Below the pieces are notes generated by a model. It did not search any database, was not told the origin of the DNA, and was given only the letters and a program-made list of their open reading frames with translations. The translations under genes and the position numbers were made by a program. A stretch of DNA of 64,000 nucleotides, from NCBI RefSeq assembly GCF_006345805.1, contig NC_043013.1:18042001-18106000 (forward strand). Reading direction: 5' to 3'. This stretch comes from Octopus sinensis. Its lineage: Eukaryota. Shown in pieces: positions 27,600-40,209 of the stretch. Position 1 is the stretch's first letter; each line of letters opens with the position of its first letter.

Positions 27600-27881
27600 A
27601 GGGCGGGAGGGAGACAACTAGTCGTATGTAAAAAATAATTTAGATTTAAGACAAATGAAACATTAAAAAAAAAAAAAAAATTTTTAAAATTAAATGAAGC
27701 TTTGAGAGGTTCTCAATAAATAGATTCTCTCGTACGTGGACATCTTGTGGCTAAAATATGGAAGGAGGGAGGGAGGGAGAGGTGGAAGATGGCCACACAG
27801 GAAAAATTTACAATTGTGAATCTTGTTTCTTGGTTCTCATATTTTAAATAATCATTGGAGTTATCACTGTGAAATAATTGA

Positions 27882-27916
<35 letters not shown>

Positions 27917-28259
27917 GAGAGTGGGGGGAGAAATGAAGAAGGAAATAAAAAAGTGTGTGTGTGTTGGGGGAGAGGACAGAGGGTTCGGGTTAGTTATTAT
28001 TAATTAATTAATTATAATAACGTTTAAAATTGTGATTTTGGACGTTAAGAACAATTGAAGAAATAGAGAAAATGGAGTTACAGGGAGGTAACTCTCAATG
28101 TGATGGGTGTAAAAAAAAAAATTATATATTCGCCCCACCCAGCAAAGTGTTTTCAACGAGCAACAAGCACTCTTATAAGAGTACAGTCGGCCTGCTTAGA
28201 GCCAAATCTGTGTACGTGTGGTGTGTGTGTGTGTGTATGTGTGTGTTCATGTTCTGGAG

Positions 28260-28400
28260 TTAACGGCTGACAGTCTGGTAACGGTTGATGGTGCTGCTGC
28301 TACTACTACTGCTGCTCTCTGTTACTCCTGAAGGTGAGCTTTCCCTGCCGTTGTTGCAGGCAAGACTGGAGGCTTTAAGGCTGTTGAGTGACACACTGAG
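28260..28400 (-). CDS. GRAMD2: GRAMD2-like terminal coding exon ([46 protein letters not shown])
   Basis: tatttttcag acceptor, phase 0, TAA stop at 28260-28262. Confidence 0.85.
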   Translation of the reverse strand, partial: LSVSLNSLKASSLACNNGRESSPSGVTESSSSSSSSTINRYQTVSR

Positions 28401-28456
28401 CTGAAAAATAAACGAAGTAACGTCTGTTATATATATATAAAACATGCAGTAACACA

Positions 28457-28500
<44 letters not shown>

Positions 28501-31500
28501 TTGGACAAAATAATGGAAACACCTAGCATCATAATTTTGAAATATCTATAAAACCGTCAAAAGCTAGTTTATTTTTTATGTTTTTTGATTTATTATTAGC
28601 GTTGCTTAATATATTTTGCTAAAATTGTTGTTTCTTTTCAGAGATCATCAGAAAAAGGTAATTAAAATTCATTAAAATGACAGGTCTATCAGACTTTCAA
28701 AGAGGTCAAATTGTTGGTGCTCATATGGCAGGCACTAGTGTAATGAAAACAGCCGAAATGTTTGGTGTATCAAGAAGTACTGTCTCAAAAGTAATGACAG
28801 CCTTTGAGAAAGAGAGAAAAACTTCCTCATTAAAACAAAACTCCGGAAGAAAACCCAAACTTTCAGACAGGGACCGTCGGACTCTTTCATGAATTGTTGG
28901 AAAGGATCACAAAGGTACAGCTCCCAAAATTACTGCAGAGCTTAACTACCGCCTTGAGAACAAGTTTCCACAAAAACTGTTCACTGGGAGCTGCACAAAG
29001 CTGGATTTCATGGGAGGGCTGCAATCAGAAGTCCACTACTTTCAAAAACAAACGTTGCAAAGCATTTAGAGTGGAGTAAAAACCTACAGAATTTGGTCCC
29101 TAGAGCAGTGGAAGAATGTTATTTTCTTGGACAAGTCATCCTTTACCTTATTTCCGACCACCGGCTGAGTATACGTGTGGAGACAGGCAAAAGAAGCATT
29201 TGACCCTTTTCCAACTGTTAAACATGAAGGAGGATCTGTGATGATCTGGGGAGCTATATCTTGGAAATCCACTGGCCCAATGGTTTCCGTTCATGGCAGA
29301 ATTAATAGTCAAGACTATTTATGTCACCATTACAAATAGTGGTCAGTTTAAGAACTTCTTCCTCCCTAGCACTCTGACCGTGTCCTTTTGTTTGCACACA
29401 TACAAGTGTAGTTTGAGGTAAGACACATCACATCGCAAGCTTCACGTTTTCTTTGTTTACACAATTGCTACTGGCAATAGTAGACTTGTTTGCAAGAATA
29501 AAGAGTGTTCTTGTCACCAAATGTATTCCATAAATGAATACAACATATAAAAGTCTGCGACTGGTTAGAATATAATGCAAAGGAAGTTCCTTGCTCTTAC
29601 TATTTGACATTATAACAAAGCAAATGTGGGTAAAAAGAAATGACAAATTGTTAGCCAATACACTCAGCATCTCACATCAACTGCTGTGGTTATTTGATTA
29701 GGAAATAAGGGGAGCATTAAAAAAGGTTCAGAAGTTCATTTTGCAACCATGTGATTTCAGGTTTGTGTGTGTGTGTATACATACAATTATATATACACAC
29801 ACATATATATATATATATATACATACATATACTGCAGTATTCATCCAAAGGTAACATGTCTTATAGAAGTGTTGTATTTAAAAACACAACACACATGTGT
29901 GTTAGTATGTCCTTTAAACTTGGCAAGTTGAGAAATAGAAATTTACTAATATAAGAATCAGATTTAAAAGTATGGGCCAAGTTTTTGAGAAGCAGAGTTT
30001 AACAGTGTTCTAATTAAATATATGTGGAATGGATCAAAGTACTTAATTATTAATTTTCACAAGACAGATTCCTTTAAATACCCAGAAATAGTTGATAGGT
30101 TACCTAGGTAACTTAAGGTGGATTTTTCTGAAAGTGTAGTAGCCAGGGTAAGAATGGGGAAGAAAATGTCAAGAGAACTGTTACTTTTAAGCAGCAACAA
30201 AGAATTTCTCTCTTTGAAATTGTATCATGTTTATGTACGTAGTGTGATGCTGCATGGCAAGATGTTAGTCTTGCAAAGGTTGGAAAGAGGTGAAGTGGGC
30301 ATGTTCCACTGGATGAACAATGCCAGTGTGTGTGTGGAATGAGGAAGTACAAAAGAATAGAGAAGGAAAATTGACTACAAGAGGAATCAGATGCAGTGTG
30401 TACAAAAGAGAATTCTTTACTGATACAGGTATAAAGGTGTACGAAATTGTATAAAGAAATGGCATGGAACTGTCATAACATGTGTTACAATGGATGGCAT
30501 TGGATGTGCCCCCTCCTATCACCACTCCTCTTTATTGCTAGCCATCATTCTCCTGCTCTCACTTATTGCTGACATACACCACCCTCTCTTTCCTCCATCA
30601 CCTTATCTCCCTCCTATGACATTGCTTATGTCTTTTCCCTGATCACTTTCCTAACATCCAGCATGTAGCTGCCTGGCATTGTGTCTCTTCCATTACTCCT
30701 TCTACCAAATCTTGCTCCTATCATTGTTTCTCCCAGTGATAGATTGGCAAATGTACAATATTGGGTAGAGAGAGAATTCTTTTAGCTTTGCTGGAGAAAA
30801 AGAAAAAAAATCACTTTAATGCTGGTGCCACAATGAAACGTCCCCAGTAAAGTGGTTGGTGTTAGGAAAGGCACCCAGCTATTGGAACTAATCAAGATGT
30901 AGATCTGGTCCACCCAGAACTACCTACATGTGTGTTTCTACGGCTGGATGCCCTTCCTAACGCCATGTGTATATATATATATCATCATCATCATCATTTG
31001 GAGAACGGACGCTAAATGATGATGATGATGATGATATATATATATACACATGGCGTTAGGAAGGGCATCCAGCCGTAGAAACATTGCCAGATCAAACTGG
31101 GCCTAGTGCAGCCTTCTGGCTTCCCAGACCCCAGTTGAACCGTCCAACCCATGCTAGCATGGAAAGCGGATGATGATGATGATGATGATGATATAATCAC
31201 TTACATCATACATATATGCAGTATACATTTGATTGGCTGATCTTGAATGTACCTTAACCAATCAGTCCAAAGGCATACCAGAAGAGTGATGGAAACATCA
31301 TTTGAACAGTCAACTTTTTGGCTGCTTGTTCAGTGTACTATCCACTCACCCACACACGACTCAACACAATATGTAAAATTGGCAGGATAAGGAAACCAAA
31401 TCCAGTTTCAAGCTTGGCTTTCAACAAACAATATTAAGGATTAAATACTGAAAAAACACAAACAACAACAATAACAATAATAATAATAACAACAAAAGGT

Positions 31501-34500
31501 ATGTTTAAAACACTCACTTCTTCCAATACATGTATATTAGCCTCTAAAACGAGGTGTAGTTGTTGGACCAATGCACTATGACTCTGGGCTCGCATCATGT
31601 AAATGTCTGAATGTATTTTATCTCTGAAATGACAAGTAGGCAGGTATAGAAATCGTGTGTGTGTGTGTGTGTGTGTATGAGAAAGAAAGAGAGAGGTTCT
31701 GGGTTCAATCTCAGTACATACCATTTTGTACATGTCGGCACCTGTGCCGGTGGCATGTGTAAAAAGATTCGAGCAAGGTCATTGCCAGTGCCGCCTGACT
31801 GGCCACATGCCGGTGGCACGTAAAAAGCACCCACTACACTCTCGGAGTGGTTGGCGTGAGGAAGGGCATCCAGCTGTAGAAACTCTGCCAGATCAAGATT
31901 GAAGCCTGGTGTGGCCGTCTGGTTCGTCAGCCCTCAGTCAAAATCGTCCAACCCATGCTAGCATGGAGAACAGATGTTAAACGATGATGATGATGATGAT
32001 ATTCTACCACACCTTCAGGTCCACTTAAGTTTAGTGAGTGAAATTTGGTAGACGGAAACTTGTGTAAGATGTTCATCAAAGGGACTATTCCTGTTTTGGG
32101 GGTGGTTGACTTATTGTCACCTATTTTAAATATCCCCTGGTCCAATCTACTGCAAGCATTTGACCTAGGTCCCCAGTCTGAGGATAACTACCTTTTTCCC
32201 TGCTCTAACTACACCCTAAAAAACTACATCACTTCCAGTTGACCAATATCTTGTGAATGAATTTGGTCGATGCAAACTGTACAGAAGCTTATCGTATATA
32301 ATCTGTATGCATGTGTTTGTTGTCCAACAAGGACTCTGATGAGAAGCTTGTACATCACTGGAGCATAAAAGTAATCTGTTACAGATTACTGAAAGGTAGA
32401 AGCGGATTTGAAGAAAGTGTTTGTGTTCTCCAACCATATTACCTTAATGAAACAATTCTCCGACTATACTAGCATGGTCTAATGTGACCCCACCCCCCAA
32501 AAAAGTGCTGATTGTTGAATTCATGGTGCCTCGGGAAGACAACATGGAGAGGTAACATGAAAGGAAGGGGTTAAAATTTGAAAGACTAAGGGAATTGTGA
32601 GACATGAAGATTGTAGTGTACAGTACTACTAGTAAGGGTGGGATATTGTGGAACTAGTATGTCCTATATGACTGATATTTGGACAGAGAGAAAGGGAAGC
32701 AAGAGCAGTGATTTCTGAACAGGACCGAGGAATCAGAAACTGCTTCATCATGGTTATTGCAGAAACATGAGAGAAAAAGACCAAAGCTAAGAGAACAAAG
32801 GGGGAAAAAAGTCAGTAAGGACAAATAGTGGGGTTGAATATAATTGATAAAAAAAAAAACCCCAAAAACCTTCAAGGTGGTATCCAAGTATGGTCGCAGC
32901 CCAAAGACTGAATGAAAGTAATAAGATAAAGAATAACAAACAAGAGTAAAGTGTTTACCTATACAAGTTTTTTAAGGCAGGTGACCAAACCTGCAGAGTA
33001 TCAAGTTTGGCCTGGATTAACAGCACCTTATACGTAAGGGTGACGGCAGATACCAGCAGGAATATCATACTGGAAGAGACAAAGACAAAACAATGGATTA
33101 GAGATATTTCAACAGAGTCAAAGATTCACCAAAATGTAGTCAGTTGGGGAGAAGAAGGGTTTAGAAATGCTTGGTCACTTGATGGAAGTTTAAATTATTT
33201 AATACAAGAGAGGTATAACTGGGTAAATGTACCCAGGTCATCCCTGATCCCCCAGACTGTTTTGTTTTTACCTTTTTACCTTTTTTTTTTAAAACTACAG
33301 AATGTCAGACTAACATATCACACATATTAAAATATCTATGTTATCACAACAAAGGTCTCCAAGCATTCACTTGCTAGAAATAGCAGCCAAATCCCTCTCA
33401 AACCACAACCTGCTGACTTTAATCAGAGTTGATATGGGACTAAACAAAAACAACATATACAAAAAAAAAGTTAAACGAGACTAAATATGTAAGATATTTT
33501 TGTCACCATTCTCTCCTCTCTGTGGCACCCACAAACTTGGTGGGGAAAGAGGAGGAGGGACCAGTCAATTGTATTAATCCAAGTGTCTCACTGGTATTTT
33601 ATTCTACTGACTCCTGTAGGATGAAATACAAATTTGACCTAAATGATATTTGAGTTTAGTATGTTACTAAATCCCACAAGGCATTTTCGTTAATACTCTA
33701 CTGATTTTTGCAGTCCAACTGACAATAATAACCCTTTCTAGTTTAGGCACAAGGCCTGAAATTTTGTGAGAGGGGTTTAGTCAATTACATTGGTACCAGT
33801 GCTCAACAAGATATCTCAAGAACCACTGGATGGATTTGGATGAAACTTTCAGGGATGTTTGGCCTCATGACCAGCACAAACTTATTAGATTTTGGGATCG
33901 ATCCGGTACTGGACAATGATTCTGGATTACATTTCATGTTTTTTTACTTAATTTTTGAGAGCAGTCAGGTTCATTTTTAGTATTCTAGTTTGTGAGAGCA
34001 GTCAAGTTTATTTAAGATATTTTCATTTTAAAAACCCTGGCTAATCGTTGAGAGGACACTGGTGTTGCCTTGGCAGAGGTTTGCACTCTCTGAGTGCACT
34101 TGTTATTATTATTATTATTATAGTGATTTCTGATTTAGGTACAAGGCTAGCAATTTTGAGAAAGGGGGATTAGTAAATACCAGTGACCACAGGTGGAGTG
34201 AAGGGCAAATTTGATCAAAGCAGGATTTGAATTCAGAACACAGAGGAATGAATTAAAATTCCAGGAAGGGGTTTCCTGAAGCAATAACTGTTTCTGCCAA
34301 CTGGCAGACACAGCAACAGTTGTTGGAGACTACAGTGACTGCCACATCAACAATGATCTGAGAAAGGAACTTCTGCATGGTCATTACTCAACCTGCTAGA
34401 AATAGCAGCCAAATATGCCTTCCTCAAATTACACCTGCTTACTGTCTTACAGACACATCATATGATGTAGTCCGACATACACTATGACTGAATAAAAGAC

Positions 34501-37500
34501 AGGCTGGTCCTAGATATGTCTGTTGGATCTGGGTTTCCCTGGTGGGGGTGGAGCTCTCAAACAACAACAACAAATAAAGCAGTAGATTCTATTGAGAAAT
34601 GGTAATACTTACATAGCTGCACATATTGCTAGTACCATGTGGGCCTTCGGTAACCTGAAATCAGTTGACAGATGTTAGAGAAGAACAGGATGAGAGGGGG
34701 GAAAAAATAAAAGTATTTGGAGTTAGACTATTTAGTATGTGGTGAATATTATGGTAGTTGTGTATTGTGCATTAGAATATCACTGCAGTACTATACTGTG
34801 TACTGATGTGCCACTACAACAGTACTATGGATAATGTAATAGAATGTTACTACAATACTATATGTGATGTACAGTGTATAAGCATCACTACAGTACATGC
34901 AGGTGTTATATACAGCATCATTGTTCACCAAATGATGTCTTAGAGCGTGATTACAGTATTATAGGTGATACATAGTGTATTACCATCACTACGATACATA
35001 TAGGTACTTTGAGAACCCCTTTGGTCACGACACAGACCATGGGATTGCACCTAGAAAGTTACCCTCCCAGGCACAAGTCCGGGCAAGGTTGTTTATGGAA
35101 GACCAGCAGTCGCCCATGCATACCGGCCTCCCCTCTCCACAACCAAAGGCCGATACAGCTTGGCACCTGTGACGTTGCAACTCGTTTCTACAGCTAAGTA
35201 AACTGGAGCAATATGAAATAAAGTGTCTTGCTCAAGAACACAACACGCAGCCTGGTCTGGGATTTGAGCTCACAACCTCACGATTGTAAGCTCGACTCTC
35301 AAACCACTGAGCCATGCGCCTTCATATATAGGTACTATATAGTGTATTACTATGCTACTACAGTACTATATGTACGTGTATGTGCATATAGTGTGTTAGA
35401 GGGACTATAAGCCCTGTATAATATGTTAGAGTGTATAACTACAGTGCTATAAGTACTATTTAGTGCAGACAATCTTGACATTTGGTAGCTTTGACAAAGA
35501 AAAATAATAGCAGACCACAGCCGCCGCCACGACCACGACCACCACTACTGCACATAAATACATACACATGTGCACAGCTAGTGTTTTTTTTTTGTGACAC
35601 TGTTAAATACAAATGATATACAGAGTGTACTGATAAGGATCAATGAATTTTAATACAATTGCGAAAAAGAATGTTAGAGGGAAAGAAATTGAAAGCCATT
35701 ATTTTGACTTACCGTAGTAACTTGAGGGCTAACTGGCATATAGATTCATATGTCTGTTGACAGTTGAAACCTGAATGGATAACAAATGGGATATATTGAT
35801 TTCTTATAGAACCTCTGCCGGCCTACGATAAATTACAATGTTTGTTAATATGTAAGACTGTGCTGTTTATATGAAACAACATTTCCTTATATATAAATGT
35901 GCAGTATTGTCTGTTTGATGTATCCTAACATCATATGTGTGACATATAGAAGTATGAAGTACATACACTCTGACAGATAGAAGTGGTACATACACAGTGG
36001 CATAGAAAAGAGGTACATACAGTGTGACATACACTGAGAGAGATAGAGGAGGTACATAAACTTTGACATATGAAAGAGGTACATATAGTGGTGATAAATA
36101 CACAATGACAGACAGAGGAGGTTCATACTACTCTGTTTGTCATGACAAATAAGGAGGTACCTACACTGTGACAAATAAGGCATGATGAACCAGCTATTAT
36201 GGACAGTAACAGGCTTTTTGGAATGGCTGGACCCAACAGATGAGGGTTTCTGCGATACTTGAGGTTTATTGGGTGTCGAACTTGTAAACTGGGTTTTCAC
36301 ACAAGGTATTGCTGCCTTCACTGGAGTTCGCTTGTAGGTTTTCGTTTTTCCAGGTTGGCAAAGTTTGTTATCTTCAGAATCCGTTGTTTCGGCGACACCA
36401 CTGTAATCCGAACAAAATACACTAGATTCCGAATGGCTTTTCCTCTTGGGTATCAACGGATGAATGATGGCGCCAGAAAGGTTGTTTTTACTCAGTGGCA
36501 TCGACAGAGTTGACTTTGCCAAAGCTGCTACTCCAGATTCCTGAAAGAAAAGTAAGGAAGAAAAGAATAAAGAAAAGCAAACAAATCAATACTAACACCA
36601 CAAGCAGTAGCACTACTACAACCATCATAATCATCATCATAACCATCATAATACCTATTTCTTTACTACCCACAAGGGGCTAAACACAGAGAGGACAAAC
36701 AAGGATAGACAAATGGATTAAGTCGATTATATTGACCCCAGTGCGTAACTGGTACTTATTTAATCGACCCGAAAGGATGAAAGGCAAAATCAACCTTGGC
36801 AGAATTTGAACTCAGAACGTAATGGCAGACGATATACTGCAAAGCATTTCACCCGGCGTGCTAACATTTCTGCCAGCTCGCCGCCTTATAACCATCATAA
36901 TACCACCACCACTACCATCATCATAATCACATTCAATGACATGGTAATGTGGGAGAGCTCTAAGTGGTCACTGGCTACAAGAAATAGCAGTCAAATCTTT
37001 AAATCATCCACTTCTGTCATACATAAAGAAGAACATACAAGGGCAATGTAGTCCCTTATACACGAAGTTGGGATGGCGGCGGCTAAAACACTTTCAATCA
37101 TAAGTCTTGTCTAATCAAAGTTGACCTGGGACTAAAAACAAATAAAATAACAGAAGCAGTGCCGCCGCCGCCGCCACCACCACAACAACAACAACAACAA
37201 AACTGTGAATCTTTACTTACATTAAACTTTGCTGAAATCCCAGATTCCTCAGCAAAAGAATCTCCAGACTGCAAAAGAAAAATAAAAGGTCAATTAGAGA
37301 GACTCAGACTGGGTCCTGTGGGTAAGGTGTCTACACAATTAGACTCTGGCTGATACAATCCTCCAAGCTATCAACAGGAATCATGAGAGGTGCACAGTTT
37401 ACAGATTATTACTGTAAACAATAGACATACTGTAAATAATGATTTCAAATTTTGTAGAAAAGGGGTACATCAACCCCAGTGCTCAACTGGTACTTTTTCG

Positions 37501-39698
37501 TTGACCCCCAAAAAGATGACAGGCAAAGTCGATCTCGGTGGAATTTGAACTCAGAATTTAAAGACTGACGAAACACCAATAAGCATTTTGCCCAGTGTGA
37601 TAATGATTCTACCAGCTTGCTGCTTGACATACTGCAAATATTAATGTTTTGGTTGCTAGCTTATAGTACTGACTTCAAGACTTTGGCATTGTTAATAGCA
37701 TAGTTCTAAAACTGTGATTGTAGGCTTACACACACAGAGACATGTGCATGTGTATATAAATAATAATAATAATGAAATTATTGTATACAGAGTCAGGTGC
37801 ACCAAAACTTGTCAAAAAGTGCATATAAAGCATATGCAGTAATGTACAAATGTCTGGAAAAGTGAACAGTGTATGAGTCAGATACATGCTTGTGGGTGTA
37901 TGGAGGGGAGAAAATCAGGTGTAGTGTTGGCAAATGTTGGCGAATCTCAGGAAGCCTGGAACTTTTGAAGGATGCCGTGCTCTGACAACTAACAAATGAT
38001 GCCGGCAATTTGTTCCATGCTTCAGCAACTCTCAGCGTGAAAAAATGTTTCCGAAAGTCATGGGAGCTGTGCTGTTTTCTGACTTTGTAAACATGTCCAC
38101 GGGTGTTAGACAGGTGGAGTTTGAAAAGGTGCTCAGAGTTATTGTTAGTAAGATGGTTAATAATTTTATGGGTGTCTGCCAAGTCAGCTGCCGTCGGAGT
38201 TTCAATGTGTCCATGCCCAGGAAAGTAAGGCATTCAGAATATGGCAAATGCCTGATGGAGGGTATTCTCTTGGTTGCACGTCGCTGAATGGTTTCCAGAC
38301 GATTAATATCCTGGGCAAGATAGGGGTTCCAGACCGGTGATGTAAATTCCAGGTGAGGCCGTACCATAGCTATCTGCAGATATGCGTATGGCTTTCTGTG
38401 TATGTGTGTATGTGGTTGTGCACAAGTCTGTATGTATGTTTACACTTGCAATCTATGTAAGTTTATCCACAGTTGCCATTTACCCGGCCAACAAAAACGT
38501 CTCTTTGCTTTACTCCTTTGAAGAGGTGAAATAGGAGATTCCTAACTTGAAAAAGGGGCAAAGGTTAGCAACAGGAAGGACTGTCCATCACTTTCACCAA
38601 CTGACTTTAAAAGGGGAAGATGCACCCCAACATACATTATCTATCATGATCATTGTCATTTAATATCCAAAATGTAAAACGTACCAGTTCCTGATAACGG
38701 TCAAAGAGATCTTGCATTAAGTTGTAGGCAGCGTCACGGGATACAAATGAGCCAAAAACATACTGAAACAAAGTAAAAAGGATTGTGATAAATAATTATG
38801 AACTTTAACGAAGCTGAATTTAATTATATCATTTAGAGTTTAATACAGAAGAAAAAGCATCAAAGAGCAAGCTGCTATTATTATTATTATTATGATTTAA
38901 TGATGATAATACAAAGACCTGGAAATAGAGGTAGCCCGAATGTGGAATCTAAAAACAGAAACAATTACTATCATAGTAGGGGCATTAGGTATGATAAAAT
39001 AATATTCAGACAAATACACAGCAAAAACACCAGGACTTACAAACACATATAACATACAGAAAATTGCACTACAGGGTACTGCACACATCCTACGCAGAAC
39101 ACTTTCAATACAGTAACCATCAGAGCATCACAGCAAACCACAGCACATACCCAAGGCACACAGAGCTGCGCTCGGTAGTGAAGTGAAAGCATGCTATAAA
39201 AATAAAACTACTGAATAATAATAATGATAACAACAACAATGGTTTCAAATTTTGGTAGAAGGCCAGCAATTTTGGGGGAGGGGTAAGTCAATTATGTCAA
39301 CCCCATTGCTCAATTGGTACTTATTTATTCAACCCCAAAAGGATGAAAAGGAAAGTTGTCCATGGTGAAATTTGCACTCAGAATGTGGAGACAGAGGAAA
39401 TGCCAGTAAGCATTTTGTCCAGCGTGCTAACGATTCTGCCTTTATAATAATAATAATAATAATAATCCTTTCTACTATAGGCACAAGGCCTGAAATTGCG
39501 AAAGGGGTGGTGGTGGTGCAGTCAATTAGATCAACTCCAGTATGCAACTGGTACTTAATTTATGAAGCCCAAAAAGATGAAAGGCAAAGTTGATCTCAGC
39601 GGAATTTGAATAGAACATAAGAATGGATGAAATGCTGCTAAGCATTTTACCTGGAGTGCGCTAACGATTCCACCTTTACTGCTGCTGCTGCTACTGCT

Positions 39699-39742
<44 letters not shown>

Positions 39743-40167
39743 CCTTTCTATTATAGGCCTGGAATTTTGGGAGAAGGAGGCTAATTGGCTGCATTGATCC
39801 TAGTGCTCAACTGGTAGTTATTTTACCAACTCCAAAAGGAGAGAGAGAGAGATCAGGAATGAATACAGAAACAGGTGTGCTGCCACAAAAGAGATACATG
39901 GTTACCCAATCTCCAGGGCCCATGTGGACAGGATTGGGGAGTAAAAGGTAGGCACAATGCATTGAAAATCCTAGAGCTTTGAAAGGAGTTTAAAAGAATG
40001 CTACCAACCATTAGACAAGAAGCACTCTCAACGTGTTTTGTGTGTGTGAAGTGTGTTTACACATACAAAGTCAACCTTGGCCAAATTTGAACTTGGAACA
40101 AAATGAATCAGAAGGAATACTAGGAAGCATTTTTACCAATGCTCCAACAAGCCTGTCAATCCACCAC

Positions 40168-40209
<42 letters not shown>

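Noticed and set aside
29428-29670. 80-aa minus ORF as a candidate TM exon
   Set aside because: The TM is fully accounted for by exons I and J; no phase-compatible splice sites.
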